A DNA stretch of 64,000 nucleotides from an uncultured bacterium. Its GTDB lineage: Bacteria; Babelota; Babeliae; Babelales; Babelaceae. Under the pieces are notes generated by a model. That model was not told where the DNA came from. It saw only the letters and a program-made list of their open reading frames with translations, and made no database searches. The number at the start of each line of letters is the position of its first letter. The first letter of the stretch is position 1. A program made the translations under genes and the position numbers. This document shows, in pieces, positions 30,031-41,100 of the stretch. The DNA lies in NCBI GenBank assembly GCA_963848965.1, contig CAWKFG010000004.1:320001-384000 (forward strand), read 5' to 3'.

Positions 30031-31416
30031 ATGATGAAAAAATTTATACTCTTTGCTTTTACCCTCTCTTGTTCCTTTCTCTTTGCTATGTCACAAGAAC
30101 TACCAACTGTTCGCTCTATTCCTCGTTTAGACATGCTTGCAGCATATTACTTTGCAGATAAAATTAATGAACAATGTCTTACCTCCAATAAAACTTCATT
30201 AGAAGAAAAGATAAAAGATATCACTAACACCTTTCTAAATTCCCTTATTTTACCTCTTGCATGTATTAATCTTATTAAGCATGCCTTTTGTGCAAAATAT
30301 GGTGGTGGTGAAAAAGTACGCGCTTGCCATCTTGTAAGGGGTCACACAGGAGTCATAACTCATGTAGCAACTTCGCAAGATCTCATTGCTTCAGCAGCAA
30401 AACCACGTCAAAATATACTTTCTTGGAATCTTGATAACTCAATCCGTATATGGAATAGCGCAGGTACCTATTTACGTACTCTACAAGGACCTCAAGGAGG
30501 TACACTATCTCTTGCCTTCCTTGCCAATGGCAATCTTATTGCAGGCGGAATACGCGTTCTCCTGAATCGAGAAGAATTTAATAGATTTACTTCTATGCAA
30601 GAGAACGAACGAGCAAAAAACTATCCTTCTTTACTGCTGTTTGATGGTACTACAGGACAACTTTTAAAATCATGTGCAACTGAAAACCCTATTTACTCTT
30701 TAGCAGTACTTGAAAATGGTATTATTGCTGCTGGAAGTGTAGGAGGGCCACTCTATCTTTTTGATAGTACACTCAAACACATAAAGACTCTTAACGCCCA
30801 TCGAGACACAGTATTCAATCTAGCTACCTTGCCGCATAATCACCTTGCTTCTGCATCAGATGATGCTACAATACGCATTTGGAATATGAATAACGAGAAA
30901 GAATCATTGGTAAAAGAGATCAGAACAGATGGAGTAATCATGGGGCTTGATGCTTTGCCAAATGGGCATCTTGTAATACTATCACAATGGTTATCAGTTG
31001 AAATATGGGACTGGCAAAAGCCTTCAGATCACTGTATAGCAACTTTTGGTGTCACCGATATACCACGTACAACTTATTGGCCATTTGCAAGTAAAGTTTT
31101 CTTTCCAAACTGTGTGCGCGTGCTGCCAAATAGCTCTATAGCTCTTGGGTCAAAAAATACTTCCTTGTGTATACTAAGGTTTGATCAAACTAAAAATAGC
31201 ATCGAGTTTCTTCATAAGTATGAAGGACAAGGAGCACAGACAACAACTATTGCAGGACTTAGCAACGGCTTTATTGTCACCGGTTCTGAAGACAGCATAG
31301 TACGTATCTGGCGTCCAAAAACTTTCGAAGAAGAACTCTATACTTTTCTTATTAAACTGCAAGCACAAAAAGAACCTAGACTTACCAAATGCCTACGCCT
31401 TTTCAAGCTTGTATAA
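30031..31416 (+). CDS. Exported WD40-repeat protein
   Basis: GH...D.SIRIWN, AH...LASASDDATIRIWN, TGSEDSIVRIW; signal peptide FA-MS. Confidence 0.88.
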   Translation: MMKKFILFAFTLSCSFLFAMSQELPTVRSIPRLDMLAAYYFADKINEQCLTSNKTSLEEKIKDITNTFLNSLILPLACINLIKHAFCAKYGGGEKVRACHLVRGHTGVITHVATSQDLIASAAKPRQNILSWNLDNSIRIWNSAGTYLRTLQGPQGGTLSLAFLANGNLIAGGIRVLLNREEFNRFTSMQENERAKNYPSLLLFDGTTGQLLKSCATENPIYSLAVLENGIIAAGSVGGPLYLFDSTLKHIKTLNAHRDTVFNLATLPHNHLASASDDATIRIWNMNNEKESLVKEIRTDGVIMGLDALPNGHLVILSQWLSVEIWDWQKPSDHCIATFGVTDIPRTTYWPFASKVFFPNCVRVLPNSSIALGSKNTSLCILRFDQTKNSIEFLHKYEGQGAQTTTIAGLSNGFIVTGSEDSIVRIWRPKTFEEELYTFLIKLQAQKEPRLTKCLRLFKLV

Positions 31417-31444
31417 TCTCTTACTCATTAAAAGGCCATATCAT

Positions 31445-31855
31445 CTATACTCTTACTATACCACAGCAAAAAAGATAGAGCAGCATATTTGCTGCTGTAA
31501 AACCAAGAAAGTGTCCATAACTCTTAATACGGCCATGACAACACATATACAGTAAACAGATAAAGGCACATATCGACGCATGTGGTGCTTGAGATGTTCG
31601 CATAAGGGAGCTTACTGTCAAACTAGAAATTAACGGAATGACTCCTAATTTTATTCCGATCATAAATTTATCAAACTCGTTACCCTCTGCTAAAACACGC
31701 CTTTCTAAGTCGTCAAAGAAGCGCCTTTCCTCTGTATCAACAGAAGCTACAAGAGTAGGAAGCCGGTTGTCAGATTCAAAGTGCCCACCATATGCTTGTA
31801 AACTGTATAGTATAATAGACAAAAACGTAACCCTACTTATTAACGAGAGTACCAT
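31445..31855 (-). CDS. Hypothetical membrane protein
   Basis: RBS; several hydrophobic helices. Confidence 0.6.
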   Translation of the reverse strand: MVLSLISRVTFLSIILYSLQAYGGHFESDNRLPTLVASVDTEERRFFDDLERRVLAEGNEFDKFMIGIKLGVIPLISSLTVSSLMRTSQAPHASICAFICLLYMCCHGRIKSYGHFLGFTAANMLLYLFCCGIVRV

Positions 31856-31871
31856 AGATCCCCCTTCTGTC

Positions 31872-32747
31872 TTATGCTGCAGGAGCAGATCCCTTAGAAG
31901 TATCTGTATATTTTATACGAGCGGAAGCAAAAAGATTTTTTTTGTAGTCTTCAAAGGCTCCTTCATATTTGCTTTTTCCTAGAATCGCTGAAATTTCCTT
32001 TGTACGTTCTTCAAGAGGAATCAATCGACGGGGCCTTTTAGAAACAAGCTGAATAAGAGAGATACCTTCATCTGTTTCTTGCACTTGCGTTACACTGCCT
32101 GGCTTTAGTTCTTTAATATATGCCTTCTCCGGTGCAAAGTCACTATCCTGCAATGTCACAGGTGGTGACCATTGAGTCATAGTATCAATAGTACCAGCTT
32201 CTAATGCTTGTTCTATTAAAGCCTTTTTAATAGTACGAGAACTTCCTTTAAAAGGTACGAACCCCTGTGTTATAGTATAACCAGCTTCTTCATATACTGG
32301 ATGCTCTTTATAATATTTTTCTATCTCCTCTGTTCCTACATACGCTTTATTTCTCACCTTATGATCTTTAATCTGCTCTGCCATCTGCATATTTCTTAAT
32401 TGATTGCGCGCTTCTTCATATGAGTAGCCCATACTTTTAAAAAGCTCTTTTGTCTGCTCACGTGTTAACTTATGCTGCTCTTCTACCTTTGCTAAGTAGC
32501 GGTCAATTTCTCCTTCAGATACCGTAACTTTCATTCTTTTAGCATCAGCAAGCATAAGGCGCTCAAGCACAGCTCCTTCAAGTGTCTTTGGAGCTCCATC
32601 AAGACCTGGACGCAAATCAGATTGCAATATCAAACTTGTTTCTTCTGTCGTATAAACAAGCGCAAGCACTTTATCTACTGTATAACACAGTACTGTGCAT
32701 GGTAGTACAATAAAGCTCCCTATAAGCAGATATACTTTCATAAACAC
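31872..32747 (-). CDS. SurA N-terminal domain chaperone-like protein
   Basis: VDKVLALV, I.QSD, VSEGEIDRYL, V..EEIEKYY..H; degenerate parvulin region. Confidence 0.75.
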   Translation of the reverse strand: MFMKVYLLIGSFIVLPCTVLCYTVDKVLALVYTTEETSLILQSDLRPGLDGAPKTLEGAVLERLMLADAKRMKVTVSEGEIDRYLAKVEEQHKLTREQTKELFKSMGYSYEEARNQLRNMQMAEQIKDHKVRNKAYVGTEEIEKYYKEHPVYEEAGYTITQGFVPFKGSSRTIKKALIEQALEAGTIDTMTQWSPPVTLQDSDFAPEKAYIKELKPGSVTQVQETDEGISLIQLVSKRPRRLIPLEERTKEISAILGKSKYEGAFEDYKKNLFASARIKYTDTSKGSAPAA

Positions 32748-32763
32748 CCCTTTATATTGTATG

Positions 32764-32795
32764 AAAAAGGGGATTACATATGTAATCCCCTTTTT
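32764..32795. terminator. Perfect 32-bp palindrome, terminator-like
   Basis: AAAAAGGGGATTACAT|ATGTAATCCCCTTTTT between the two chaperone genes. Confidence 0.8.
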
Positions 32796-32806
32796 GTTGT
32801 GCTTCG

Positions 32807-33889
32807 TTACGCAGCAGCTGCAGGAGCTGGTTGTGGAGTAGCAGGAACTGCTTGTTCTTCACCATCACCTGGTTGTTGCTGTTCTTGCAATGCTTTTAAT
32901 TTAGCTTGCATTTCAGCTTGGCGTTTTTCTTGCTCTTTAGCAAAGAATTCTTTGTTTTCTACTGCGCCAAATTCTTTCTTAAGCTCTTCAACACGAGTAT
33001 TCAACTTATCTGCAAACTCAATTTGAGTTTTGGCTTGTTGAACTCCTTCTTTTACTTCAGCAAACGGAGCATATTTAGCTTCTTGCTCTTGACCTGCTTT
33101 AAGAACAAATGTTTGCTTCTTATCTGTTGTTGTTACCACTGCAGTATCACCCGGTTTCATATCACGAGCTTTAGATTTTACAGCAAAATCAACATTACGT
33201 GACTGAGCAGAAACGACACCAAGATCTTTAACATCTTTTTTCGCTGCTTTCGCTGCTGCTGCAATGTCTCTTCCTGCTTTTGCTAAGAAATCTTTAGCTT
33301 GTTTTTCGTCGCTAAATTGTACTGCTTGCAGTTTGATACCTTTAGGAGCTGCTAAGAATGGCTCTCTTTGGAAGAAGCTATTCTTATCTTTGTTTTCATT
33401 ATAGAATTTCTCTAGTGCAGCATCACTAGTATCAACATTCTTTAAAACATCCTCTTGGAATGCTTGTAAAGCAACCATACGTTGTGCAAGTTCTACTTGT
33501 TTCTTAAGTTTCTTTTGATATTCAGCATCTTTATCTTTTCCAGTTGCACTGATCCACTCTTGTACAAGTTTCTCAGTTACTGCATGCTCAAAGACTTTAG
33601 TACGAGCGTCTGGTACAAATGGAAGCATAGCCTCTGCTTGTGGATCATTCTTTAAAAGATCTTGCCAATATTCTTCAAAAGAAGCTTGTGTAATAACAGG
33701 CTTATTTCTCAAAGTAAGAAGAGTTTCTCCGGGTGCTGCAGCTTGAGTACCATAAGTACTTTCTTTTGCTGGCTCACATCCTGGGCAACTTACTTTGCTT
33801 TTAAACCAATCACACGCTGAAAGTAATGCTAACGTAGAAAGCAAAAGTGCTACGTTCACTACTGGACGAAGAGAAGAATAATTTTTCAT
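32807..33889 (-). CDS. PrsA/PpiD-like foldase lipoprotein
   Basis: Lipobox LSAC; SDAALEKFYNENK; PFAEVK; parvulin-like core. Confidence 0.75.
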   Translation of the reverse strand: MKNYSSLRPVVNVALLLSTLALLSACDWFKSKVSCPGCEPAKESTYGTQAAAPGETLLTLRNKPVITQASFEEYWQDLLKNDPQAEAMLPFVPDARTKVFEHAVTEKLVQEWISATGKDKDAEYQKKLKKQVELAQRMVALQAFQEDVLKNVDTSDAALEKFYNENKDKNSFFQREPFLAAPKGIKLQAVQFSDEKQAKDFLAKAGRDIAAAAKAAKKDVKDLGVVSAQSRNVDFAVKSKARDMKPGDTAVVTTTDKKQTFVLKAGQEQEAKYAPFAEVKEGVQQAKTQIEFADKLNTRVEELKKEFGAVENKEFFAKEQEKRQAEMQAKLKALQEQQQPGDGEEQAVPATPQPAPAAAA

Positions 33890-33981
33890 AAAGTATCCCT
33901 TTAGTTAAAGAAATAATACGGTAAATTGTGTCCTATTGAATTTGAATATTACCATAGAAGAGAGCAACTTGCAAAAAATCC

Positions 33982-34623
33982 TTACATTACCCGGCACGCA
34001 ACAAATGCCAGAATTCTTTCTGGTTGTTGCTTGGCAAGCTCTTGTGCGACTGCTTGCAATGTAGCCCCTGTAGTCATAAGATCGTCTACTAAAATAAGTG
34101 TTTTTCCTTTACAACTTTCTTTTCCTTTATATAAAAATGAATCTGTTACATTTTGTTTGCGTTCTTGCGGTGACAGCTCTGACTGAAATCGTGTATGCCT
34201 TTTTCGTATAAGACCCTTAAGGACTTTTTTCCTACTTAAGGAACTTAGCTGACGTGCCATCACCTCTGTTTGATTATACCCTCTTATGGCATATCTTGTC
34301 CAATGCAAAGGAATAGGAACTATATAATCAAAAGAAATAGTATGCAACAAAGAACGTTGCCATATAAGATGAGCCAGCGCACAACTTGCTCTATAATCCG
34401 ATCTTTTCTTTGCAAGTACAAGTGGCTTTATCGGATCTTTATAAGAAGATAGAGCATGTACAATTACAGAATCTCCTGAAACTAGAGATAAGGTATAAGA
34501 AGGAACCAGTTCTATAAGATTTGTACAGGTATCACACAAAAATGCTTCTGGCTCTATAAAATTTCTGCAATATAAACAATATGATGGCAAGAAAAAGTTT
34601 CTTATATAGCTTAAGTATCTCAT
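33982..34623 (-). CDS. comF: ComF family protein
   Basis: Double zinc ribbon, VPIPLH..R...RGYNQ, LVDDLMTTGATL. Confidence 0.92.
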   Translation of the reverse strand: MRYLSYIRNFFLPSYCLYCRNFIEPEAFLCDTCTNLIELVPSYTLSLVSGDSVIVHALSSYKDPIKPLVLAKKRSDYRASCALAHLIWQRSLLHTISFDYIVPIPLHWTRYAIRGYNQTEVMARQLSSLSRKKVLKGLIRKRHTRFQSELSPQERKQNVTDSFLYKGKESCKGKTLILVDDLMTTGATLQAVAQELAKQQPERILAFVACRVM

Positions 34624-35060
34624 ATCACACGCATAAGTATATTAGCAAAGAGAGCTGCTACTATATCATCAAGCAAGATTCCCCAACTTCCTTTACATAC
34701 TCTTTCTATATACCAAATACCACCAATCTTTGTAATATCAAAAAAACGGAATAGAAGAAAGCAGAGAATAGTTGAATGTATAGTTAATGAAAGACCATAA
34801 AAAGCAACTGTACAGCCAATTACCTCATCAATAATAATTTCTCGTGGATCGCACGAAGAAAAGTAGTGTAATGTTTTTTTAATAATAAAAAAACCTGCCA
34901 CTACAAAGAGTCCGATACACCATGCTTGAGTTTTTACATCTAAAAAGTAATGCATCAAGCCTACAAGTACTAAACCTACTAGAGATCCACACGTTCCTGA
35001 TGCAGGAAAATAGCCTAACGGACCTACTGTTGCCACTGAAAGTAATTGCTTATTCTTCAT
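34620..35060 (-). CDS. pgpA: Phosphatidylglycerophosphatase A
   Basis: PASGTCGS, DPREIIIDEV.G, FRFFDI.K, GILLDD. Confidence 0.93.
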   Translation of the reverse strand: MKNKQLLSVATVGPLGYFPASGTCGSLVGLVLVGLMHYFLDVKTQAWCIGLFVVAGFFIIKKTLHYFSSCDPREIIIDEVIGCTVAFYGLSLTIHSTILCFLLFRFFDITKIGGIWYIERVCKGSWGILLDDIVAALFANILMRVI

Positions 35061-35091
35061 ATAAACTCCAGTAAGCGCGAATGAGCGCTCG

Positions 35092-35553
35092 TCAGACTTT
35101 ACGTTCTTTAGGGCGTGGTAATTGACTAAGCTGCTTAAAAAATAAAAGCGCTATACCTAAAACAACAGCACTATCTGCTATATTAAAGACAGGAAAATAC
35201 CAATCATTATACCGTACACCAATAAAATCTATAACGCCGCCATACCAGAATCTATCAATAATATTAGAAAGTGATCCTGCAAGTACAAGAAGTTCACCAA
35301 AAATAGGTACTCCACTTTTGAATTGCTGATACGTATACCACGCAAACCAGAGGGTAACTGCAAGCACGAGCGTTGTTACGAAAAAGAAGATACTCTTGTG
35401 AGAGTAATTCAATATACCCCACGAAATACCTTTGTTAAAAACAAGCTGAAAATACATATATTTATTTAAAGCAAAGCCTGGTAAAAAGTTGTGTAGCGCA
35501 TAAAGCTTTGTACTTCTATCTAAAAAGAGCACTATAAGAGGTATAAGTACCAT
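35092..35553 (-). CDS. lspA: Lipoprotein signal peptidase II
   Basis: N.GISWG, G.LSNIIDR, GVIDF, FNIAD; start uncertain (the ORF extends to 35610 inside pheT). Confidence 0.92.
   Translation of the reverse strand: MVLIPLIVLFLDRSTKLYALHNFLPGFALNKYMYFQLVFNKGISWGILNYSHKSIFFFVTTLVLAVTLWFAWYTYQQFKSGVPIFGELLVLAGSLSNIIDRFWYGGVIDFIGVRYNDWYFPVFNIADSAVVLGIALLFFKQLSQLPRPKERKV
35109..35128 (+). repeat. 20-bp direct repeat copy 1; IS200/605 right-end-like relic
   Basis: TAGGGCGTGGTAATTGACTA, identical to 44471-44490; context CTTTAGGGCGTGGTAATTGAC. Confidence 0.7.
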
Positions 35554-35561
35554 AGAGGCGC

Positions 35562-37904
35562 TTATCTGACTGTTCCTTGTGAGCTTATGTTTTTCACTAC
35601 AGCATTCCATACAGCATCAATCTCATCTTTCGTTAATGTTTTCTTCTCGTCATACACTATAAAACGGCAGGTAACAGATTTTTGGTCTTTCCATTCCGGT
35701 TTTTGATAAAAATCTAGTAACCGGACAGCTTTAATGCGCGGATCTGCCTTTTTAATAAGATCTTCTAGCTCTTTTACTGACACTTTAAGAGGTACCAGTA
35801 TACTAATATCAAGATGCACTTCCGGATATTTTTCAAGAGGCTTAAACTCTAGCAATGGTGATTCAACATTCAACAAGAAGTTACCATCAAGCTCAAAAAT
35901 AAATGCATCTCCTTCAAGTATTCTTTGTAAAAACTGCTGTGCTACCTTGCCTGCTCTACCTACAATTCTTCCTTGGTAGAAAAGCTCTGCAGTTTGATGC
36001 TCATTATACCAAGGATCAAGCTTCTGGGTAGGCTTTTGCCATACGACCTTTATTTTCAAAAGATCAAAGAGCGAAGAGAGCAATACTTTACACTCGTAAA
36101 AATCTACCGGTTTTTTATGTTCAAATAGTATTCCTGAGCATTCTTGAAGTTCTACAGGCTCTGCTTGATAAAACCATATTCTGTTAAATTCAAAAAAGCG
36201 CATTACTTCTGCTTTAGCCTGATTACTATACACACATTTAAGTATATTAGGAACAAGTGAAGTTATCAACCGCTGCCAATGTTCAGAAAGAGGATTAGCT
36301 ACACGCAATGCATCTTCAGGTTCATAGCGCAACAAACGCAAAAACTCTTCATCAAAAAAAGCATATGTCTGTGCTTCTTGCATCGAGAGCGCAAATGCTA
36401 AGTGCTTCTTTATAGCGCGTAATCGGTGTACCCACTGTGTATTGAAAGGAGCCATAACGCGCGTAGGCAAATGAGGAATAATAGTATCATATCCTACAAA
36501 ACGAGCTACCTCTTCGATAATATCCTCTGCAATGGTAACATCTTTCGTTCCTCGAAATGTAGGGACCGTCACTGCATACAAAAATGGCTCTTTTTGTTCA
36601 TCAATTTTTACTCCAAAACCTAAAGACGTAAGAGTGCGCTCAACGGTATCTGATGGTATATGCATACCTATCTTTTTATCAATAAGTTCTTGGCTTACTA
36701 TAATAATTTTTTCTTCACTTAATGGCCCAATTGAAGCAATAGCATCGCACGCAGTGTACCTTACATTCATTTCTTCTAAGACCTTTAAATATCTTAAAAT
36801 AGCTTGCGTATTTTGGTTAGGATCTAAACTTTTTTCAAAGCGAGCAGAAGATTCAGTTCGTTTTTTTATACGAGTAGAACTTTTTCTAATGATAATAGGA
36901 TCAAAATTAGCACTCTCTACATATAAAGCATGAGTATCTTTACTTATAGCAGTTTCTTTGCCTCCCATAATACCAGCAAGTGAAAGCGGTTTTACTCCAT
37001 CTGTAATAACATAATCGGTTGCTGTAAGTGTTATCTTTTCACCATCTAAAAGTTCAACTGTTTCTTCTTGCTTAGCACAGCGGCTCATAATAGTACGCGT
37101 TTTGATAGTACCTGCATCAAATGCATGCAATGGTTGACCAAGATCAAACATGACATAATTTGTAGGATCAACGAGTGCATTAATAGGCCGCGCATCTACC
37201 CGCACAAGCCGCAAGGCAACGTGCAGTGATGATGCTCTATTTTCAACTTTAGGAATATAAAGACCTGCAAGCCGCTTACATGCATGAGCACACATTCCAG
37301 TCTCCTGAGCAATTTCTAAAGTAAACGGATTGGTAGCAGAAACAGGTGCAACTCGCGCATAGTGCTTAATAGGTTTAGAGACTAAAAACATCTCTTCCGG
37401 CACTAAAGGTTTATGTAATATAGCCGCTATTTCACGCGCTATTCCTCTATGGCCCCAGAGATCTGGTCGATGCGTAAGCGATTTATTATCAATGACAAGG
37501 ATAAAATCTTCTTTTTCAAGTTTTTCTTTCCAAGCGCCTTTAAGCTCCTCTTCAGGACACCATACACTAGACATTAATCCATCTTTTGAAGAACCAAGAT
37601 CTATCATAGTTGCCCATCGATATGCTCTTCCTTCTTTCTTAAGAAGATATAAGGCACCTTCTTCAACCTCTTTACGTTCAGGCAGCTTAATACTTTTTTT
37701 AAGCTCTGCACTTTCAGCAGTAACACCGTGCTCAGTAACTTTTGTAATACGAGCAAGCGTAAAGTGTGCAGGATCTAGCGTAACGGGTACGACTTCTTCA
37801 ATTTCAGCAGTAGTTGCATCGAACTTCTCTATAAGACGCTCAATATCAACATCCTTAAAACTTAGTTTAAGATGATCAAATATCCAAGCAAGTGATAGTC
37901 TCAT
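35562..37904 (-). CDS. pheT: Phenylalanyl-tRNA synthetase beta subunit
   Basis: DNKSLTHRPDLWGHRGIARE, GQPLHAFD, S.RFEK, D..EEVAR..GY, C-terminal FDX-ACB domain. Confidence 0.95.
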   Translation of the reverse strand: MRLSLAWIFDHLKLSFKDVDIERLIEKFDATTAEIEEVVPVTLDPAHFTLARITKVTEHGVTAESAELKKSIKLPERKEVEEGALYLLKKEGRAYRWATMIDLGSSKDGLMSSVWCPEEELKGAWKEKLEKEDFILVIDNKSLTHRPDLWGHRGIAREIAAILHKPLVPEEMFLVSKPIKHYARVAPVSATNPFTLEIAQETGMCAHACKRLAGLYIPKVENRASSLHVALRLVRVDARPINALVDPTNYVMFDLGQPLHAFDAGTIKTRTIMSRCAKQEETVELLDGEKITLTATDYVITDGVKPLSLAGIMGGKETAISKDTHALYVESANFDPIIIRKSSTRIKKRTESSARFEKSLDPNQNTQAILRYLKVLEEMNVRYTACDAIASIGPLSEEKIIIVSQELIDKKIGMHIPSDTVERTLTSLGFGVKIDEQKEPFLYAVTVPTFRGTKDVTIAEDIIEEVARFVGYDTIIPHLPTRVMAPFNTQWVHRLRAIKKHLAFALSMQEAQTYAFFDEEFLRLLRYEPEDALRVANPLSEHWQRLITSLVPNILKCVYSNQAKAEVMRFFEFNRIWFYQAEPVELQECSGILFEHKKPVDFYECKVLLSSLFDLLKIKVVWQKPTQKLDPWYNEHQTAELFYQGRIVGRAGKVAQQFLQRILEGDAFIFELDGNFLLNVESPLLEFKPLEKYPEVHLDISILVPLKVSVKELEDLIKKADPRIKAVRLLDFYQKPEWKDQKSVTCRFIVYDEKKTLTKDEIDAVWNAVVKNISSQGTVR

Positions 37905-38126
37905 AGTATACCTTGAAAAAAACAGAATTTTTTCTATAAGCATAAGCAAAAATAGTACTTTGAGCAACCTAAAAGTGATACATCACTCATTTTTGATTAC
38001 TTATGACGAATTCTGTACAGACTGCTTTCAATTTTTTATAGGTGATTTTCCAGCTACTTAAAGCAATAAGCATTTTTGTACCGATAGATCAAGACTACCG
38101 GTACTATCTTTATGTTGCTAATCACC

Positions 38127-41100
38127 TTATTTTTTACAGGCATCCTTATGACGTGTCCACTGTTTAATTTGGCACTCTATTGAACAATAGTATACTTTTT
38201 GACAATAGGTACATGGATAAAGTGTTTTATCTTTTGCTTTACACGATTGACATATATGCTCGTAGACAGTTACGTGTTTCTTTTGCTGTGCCTGAAACAT
38301 ATGCGCTATGATATCTTTGTAGTTTTTTCTTACCGCTATCTTTAAAGCAGTATCACCATTAAAGTCTTCAAACTTAACATCAGCACCAGCAGCAATAAGC
38401 ATTAACGCAATATCCTTATATCCTTTGTAGAGCGCTTTCATTAAAGCTGTTTCGCCGCAGGCATTTTGGATGTTAACATGCGCACCAAGTAATAAAAGAA
38501 GGTTCACCATATTTTTATCCCCTCTTTCTACAGCATGTATTAAAGGAGCATTACCTTCATTGTCTTGCATATCACCTTGAGCACCATGAGCTAAAAGCAG
38601 TTTTACTGCTTCACAATTACCCTTAGATGCTGCCAAGTTTAAAGGTGTAAGTCCATGTACATCGCACACATTAACTTGAGCACCTTTTTCTAGCAATAAT
38701 TTTACTATCTCATGATAGCCTCTCTGTACTGCTTTTATCAAAGGCGTTTGTTCATATCCATTGCGAACGTTAATCTGCGCTCCTGATTCTAAGAAGTGGA
38801 TTACGCGCTGTCTATCATTTCTATGTACTGCAAGAAAAAGCTCTTCTGCAAGATTTTTTTCCTTTTCTTGACTACCTAGTTTAGCTTGAATGAATTCTAT
38901 TATTTCTTCTTTGTTATCACCATCTGCAAGATCTAGGGCAGTTTTATTTTGGTTATTCTTGATAGTAACATCAGCACCATACTTATTAATAAGCATCACA
39001 ACCAACATTATATTTCCTTGTAATGCAGCATAATGTAAAGCAGTATTACCACTACCATCTTGCTTATTAACAGGTTCACCTTGAGCTACAAGTAGTTGAA
39101 TCATAAGAATACATTCTTTTTGTACTGCTCTAATCAAGGCGTTCGGATCTTTAACGGTAATACGTGCGCCATGATTCATAAGAAGCTTTGCTACGTCATT
39201 ATGACCATGAGAAAGAGCAAACTCTACAGCTGTTTCTCCTTGACGTGTAAGTGCATTAACATGAGCACCCGCTTTTATAAGCGCCTCTACCATAGGGATG
39301 TCTCTGTATTCTACTGCTTTAATGAGAGCAGTCTCCCCATGCTGATCTTGCATATCAACAGGTATTCCTGATTTTAGCAACGCAAGTACTTGTTGGATAT
39401 TTCCGGTTTTTGCCGCACTTATAAACTCATTACACAGCTTCTGATATGCTTCCTTATCCTTGTGCCCTTGCTCGAGGAGTGCAATTATGTCGCCATTGTT
39501 CATTCTTTCTGCTCTTTGCAGGGCAGTTACACCATCATTATCTTGCATAGTAACATCTGCTCTTGCGCTTAAAAGCATATTTACTATATCTTTATGGTCC
39601 TGTTCTACCGCTTTCATTAATGCAGTTTCACCACAAGCATTTTGAATGTTAACTTGTACACCATGCCTTATAAGTAACTCTACTATATTTGTATACCCTT
39701 TATCTGCAGCAATGAGTAAAGGGGTATCTCCTTTTGTGTCCTGGTTATTCATGCCAACTTGTTTACCTAAGAGCTGAGTCACTTGGGCCAAGCTTCCATT
39801 GCTTACAGCAGCAAAAAGCTTATTACTTAATTTTGAAGACTTTAGAGCCTTCTGTTGAGCTTCGTCTCTCTTTTTTACATTCTGAAGCATAAGAGCTGCC
39901 AATACCTTATTATTTTCCTGTAGAGCTCTTTGAAAAGCTGTTTTTCCACTAGCATCTTTCATAGTAGTATTAGCAGATGCAGCTATAAGTAACGCTCCTA
40001 TCTCTTTAAAATTTTTACTTGCTGCTTTCATTAAAGCTGTTTCACCATTGGTATTTTGCATATTAACATGTGCACCATGCTCTATAAGCACTTTTACGAG
40101 TTCAGTGTATCCCTTCTCTGCAGCAATAATTAAAGGAGTATTACCCCACTTATCTCGAGCATTGACATGAGCACCTTGACGCAAAAGAAGTGTCGCTATA
40201 TTTTTGTTACCATAAAGCATTGCATCCATCAAAGGAGTAGCCCCTTTTACATCTTTAGCATCAATAACTACATTATACTGCAAAAGCAATTTAACAATAT
40301 CTTCTTTATCACTACGTACAGCCCAATGTAAAACAGTACATTTGCCTTCATCCCTTACTGCAAGCAAGTCTTCTCTCATAACCTCTCTACTTATAGAATC
40401 CTGAGGATAGAAAGCCGGATCTAAAAGTATTTCTACTAAGCTTTTATAACCATTTGCTGCCGCAATCATTAAAGCTGTACAACCAGTACAAAGATCTCTA
40501 TCACAAACATTTGCCTTTCGCTTTAAAATATTTATTACCTGTTCATTAAGACCTTTCTGTGTCGCAAGCAGAAGTAGTGAATATCCATCTTCATTTTTCT
40601 TGTTAATATCGACACCTTCAAAAAAGAGCTGAACCGCAACTTCTACAAACCCCTTATTTAAAGCAAATGCAAATGCTGTCTTACCTGCACTATTTACAAT
40701 AGTCCTATCTGCACCTTTTGATAAAAGTAGGGTCACCGCTTGCTCATTGCCTCGCAATACAGCATGATGTAGAGCAGTATTACCTTGATTATCTTGAGCA
40801 TTAATCTCAGCACCTCTTTCTATAAGAAACTGTAGCACACCGATATTACCTATTTGTGCTGCAAGTATCAAAATAGTAATACCTTGAGCATATTGAATAG
40901 TGATATCAGCATGATTATTTATAAGAAGCATCATACCTTGCTGATTATTAGTTAATAGAGTAATAGCAAGAGCAGTCATTCCTTTCATATCTCGCATATC
41001 AATATGAGCACCCTTATTGAGTAATAGCTGCAACATCCCATTATCTTTTCTTTGTGCAGCAGCTATTAAAGCAGTAGTACCAGCAATAGTTTGCGCATTA

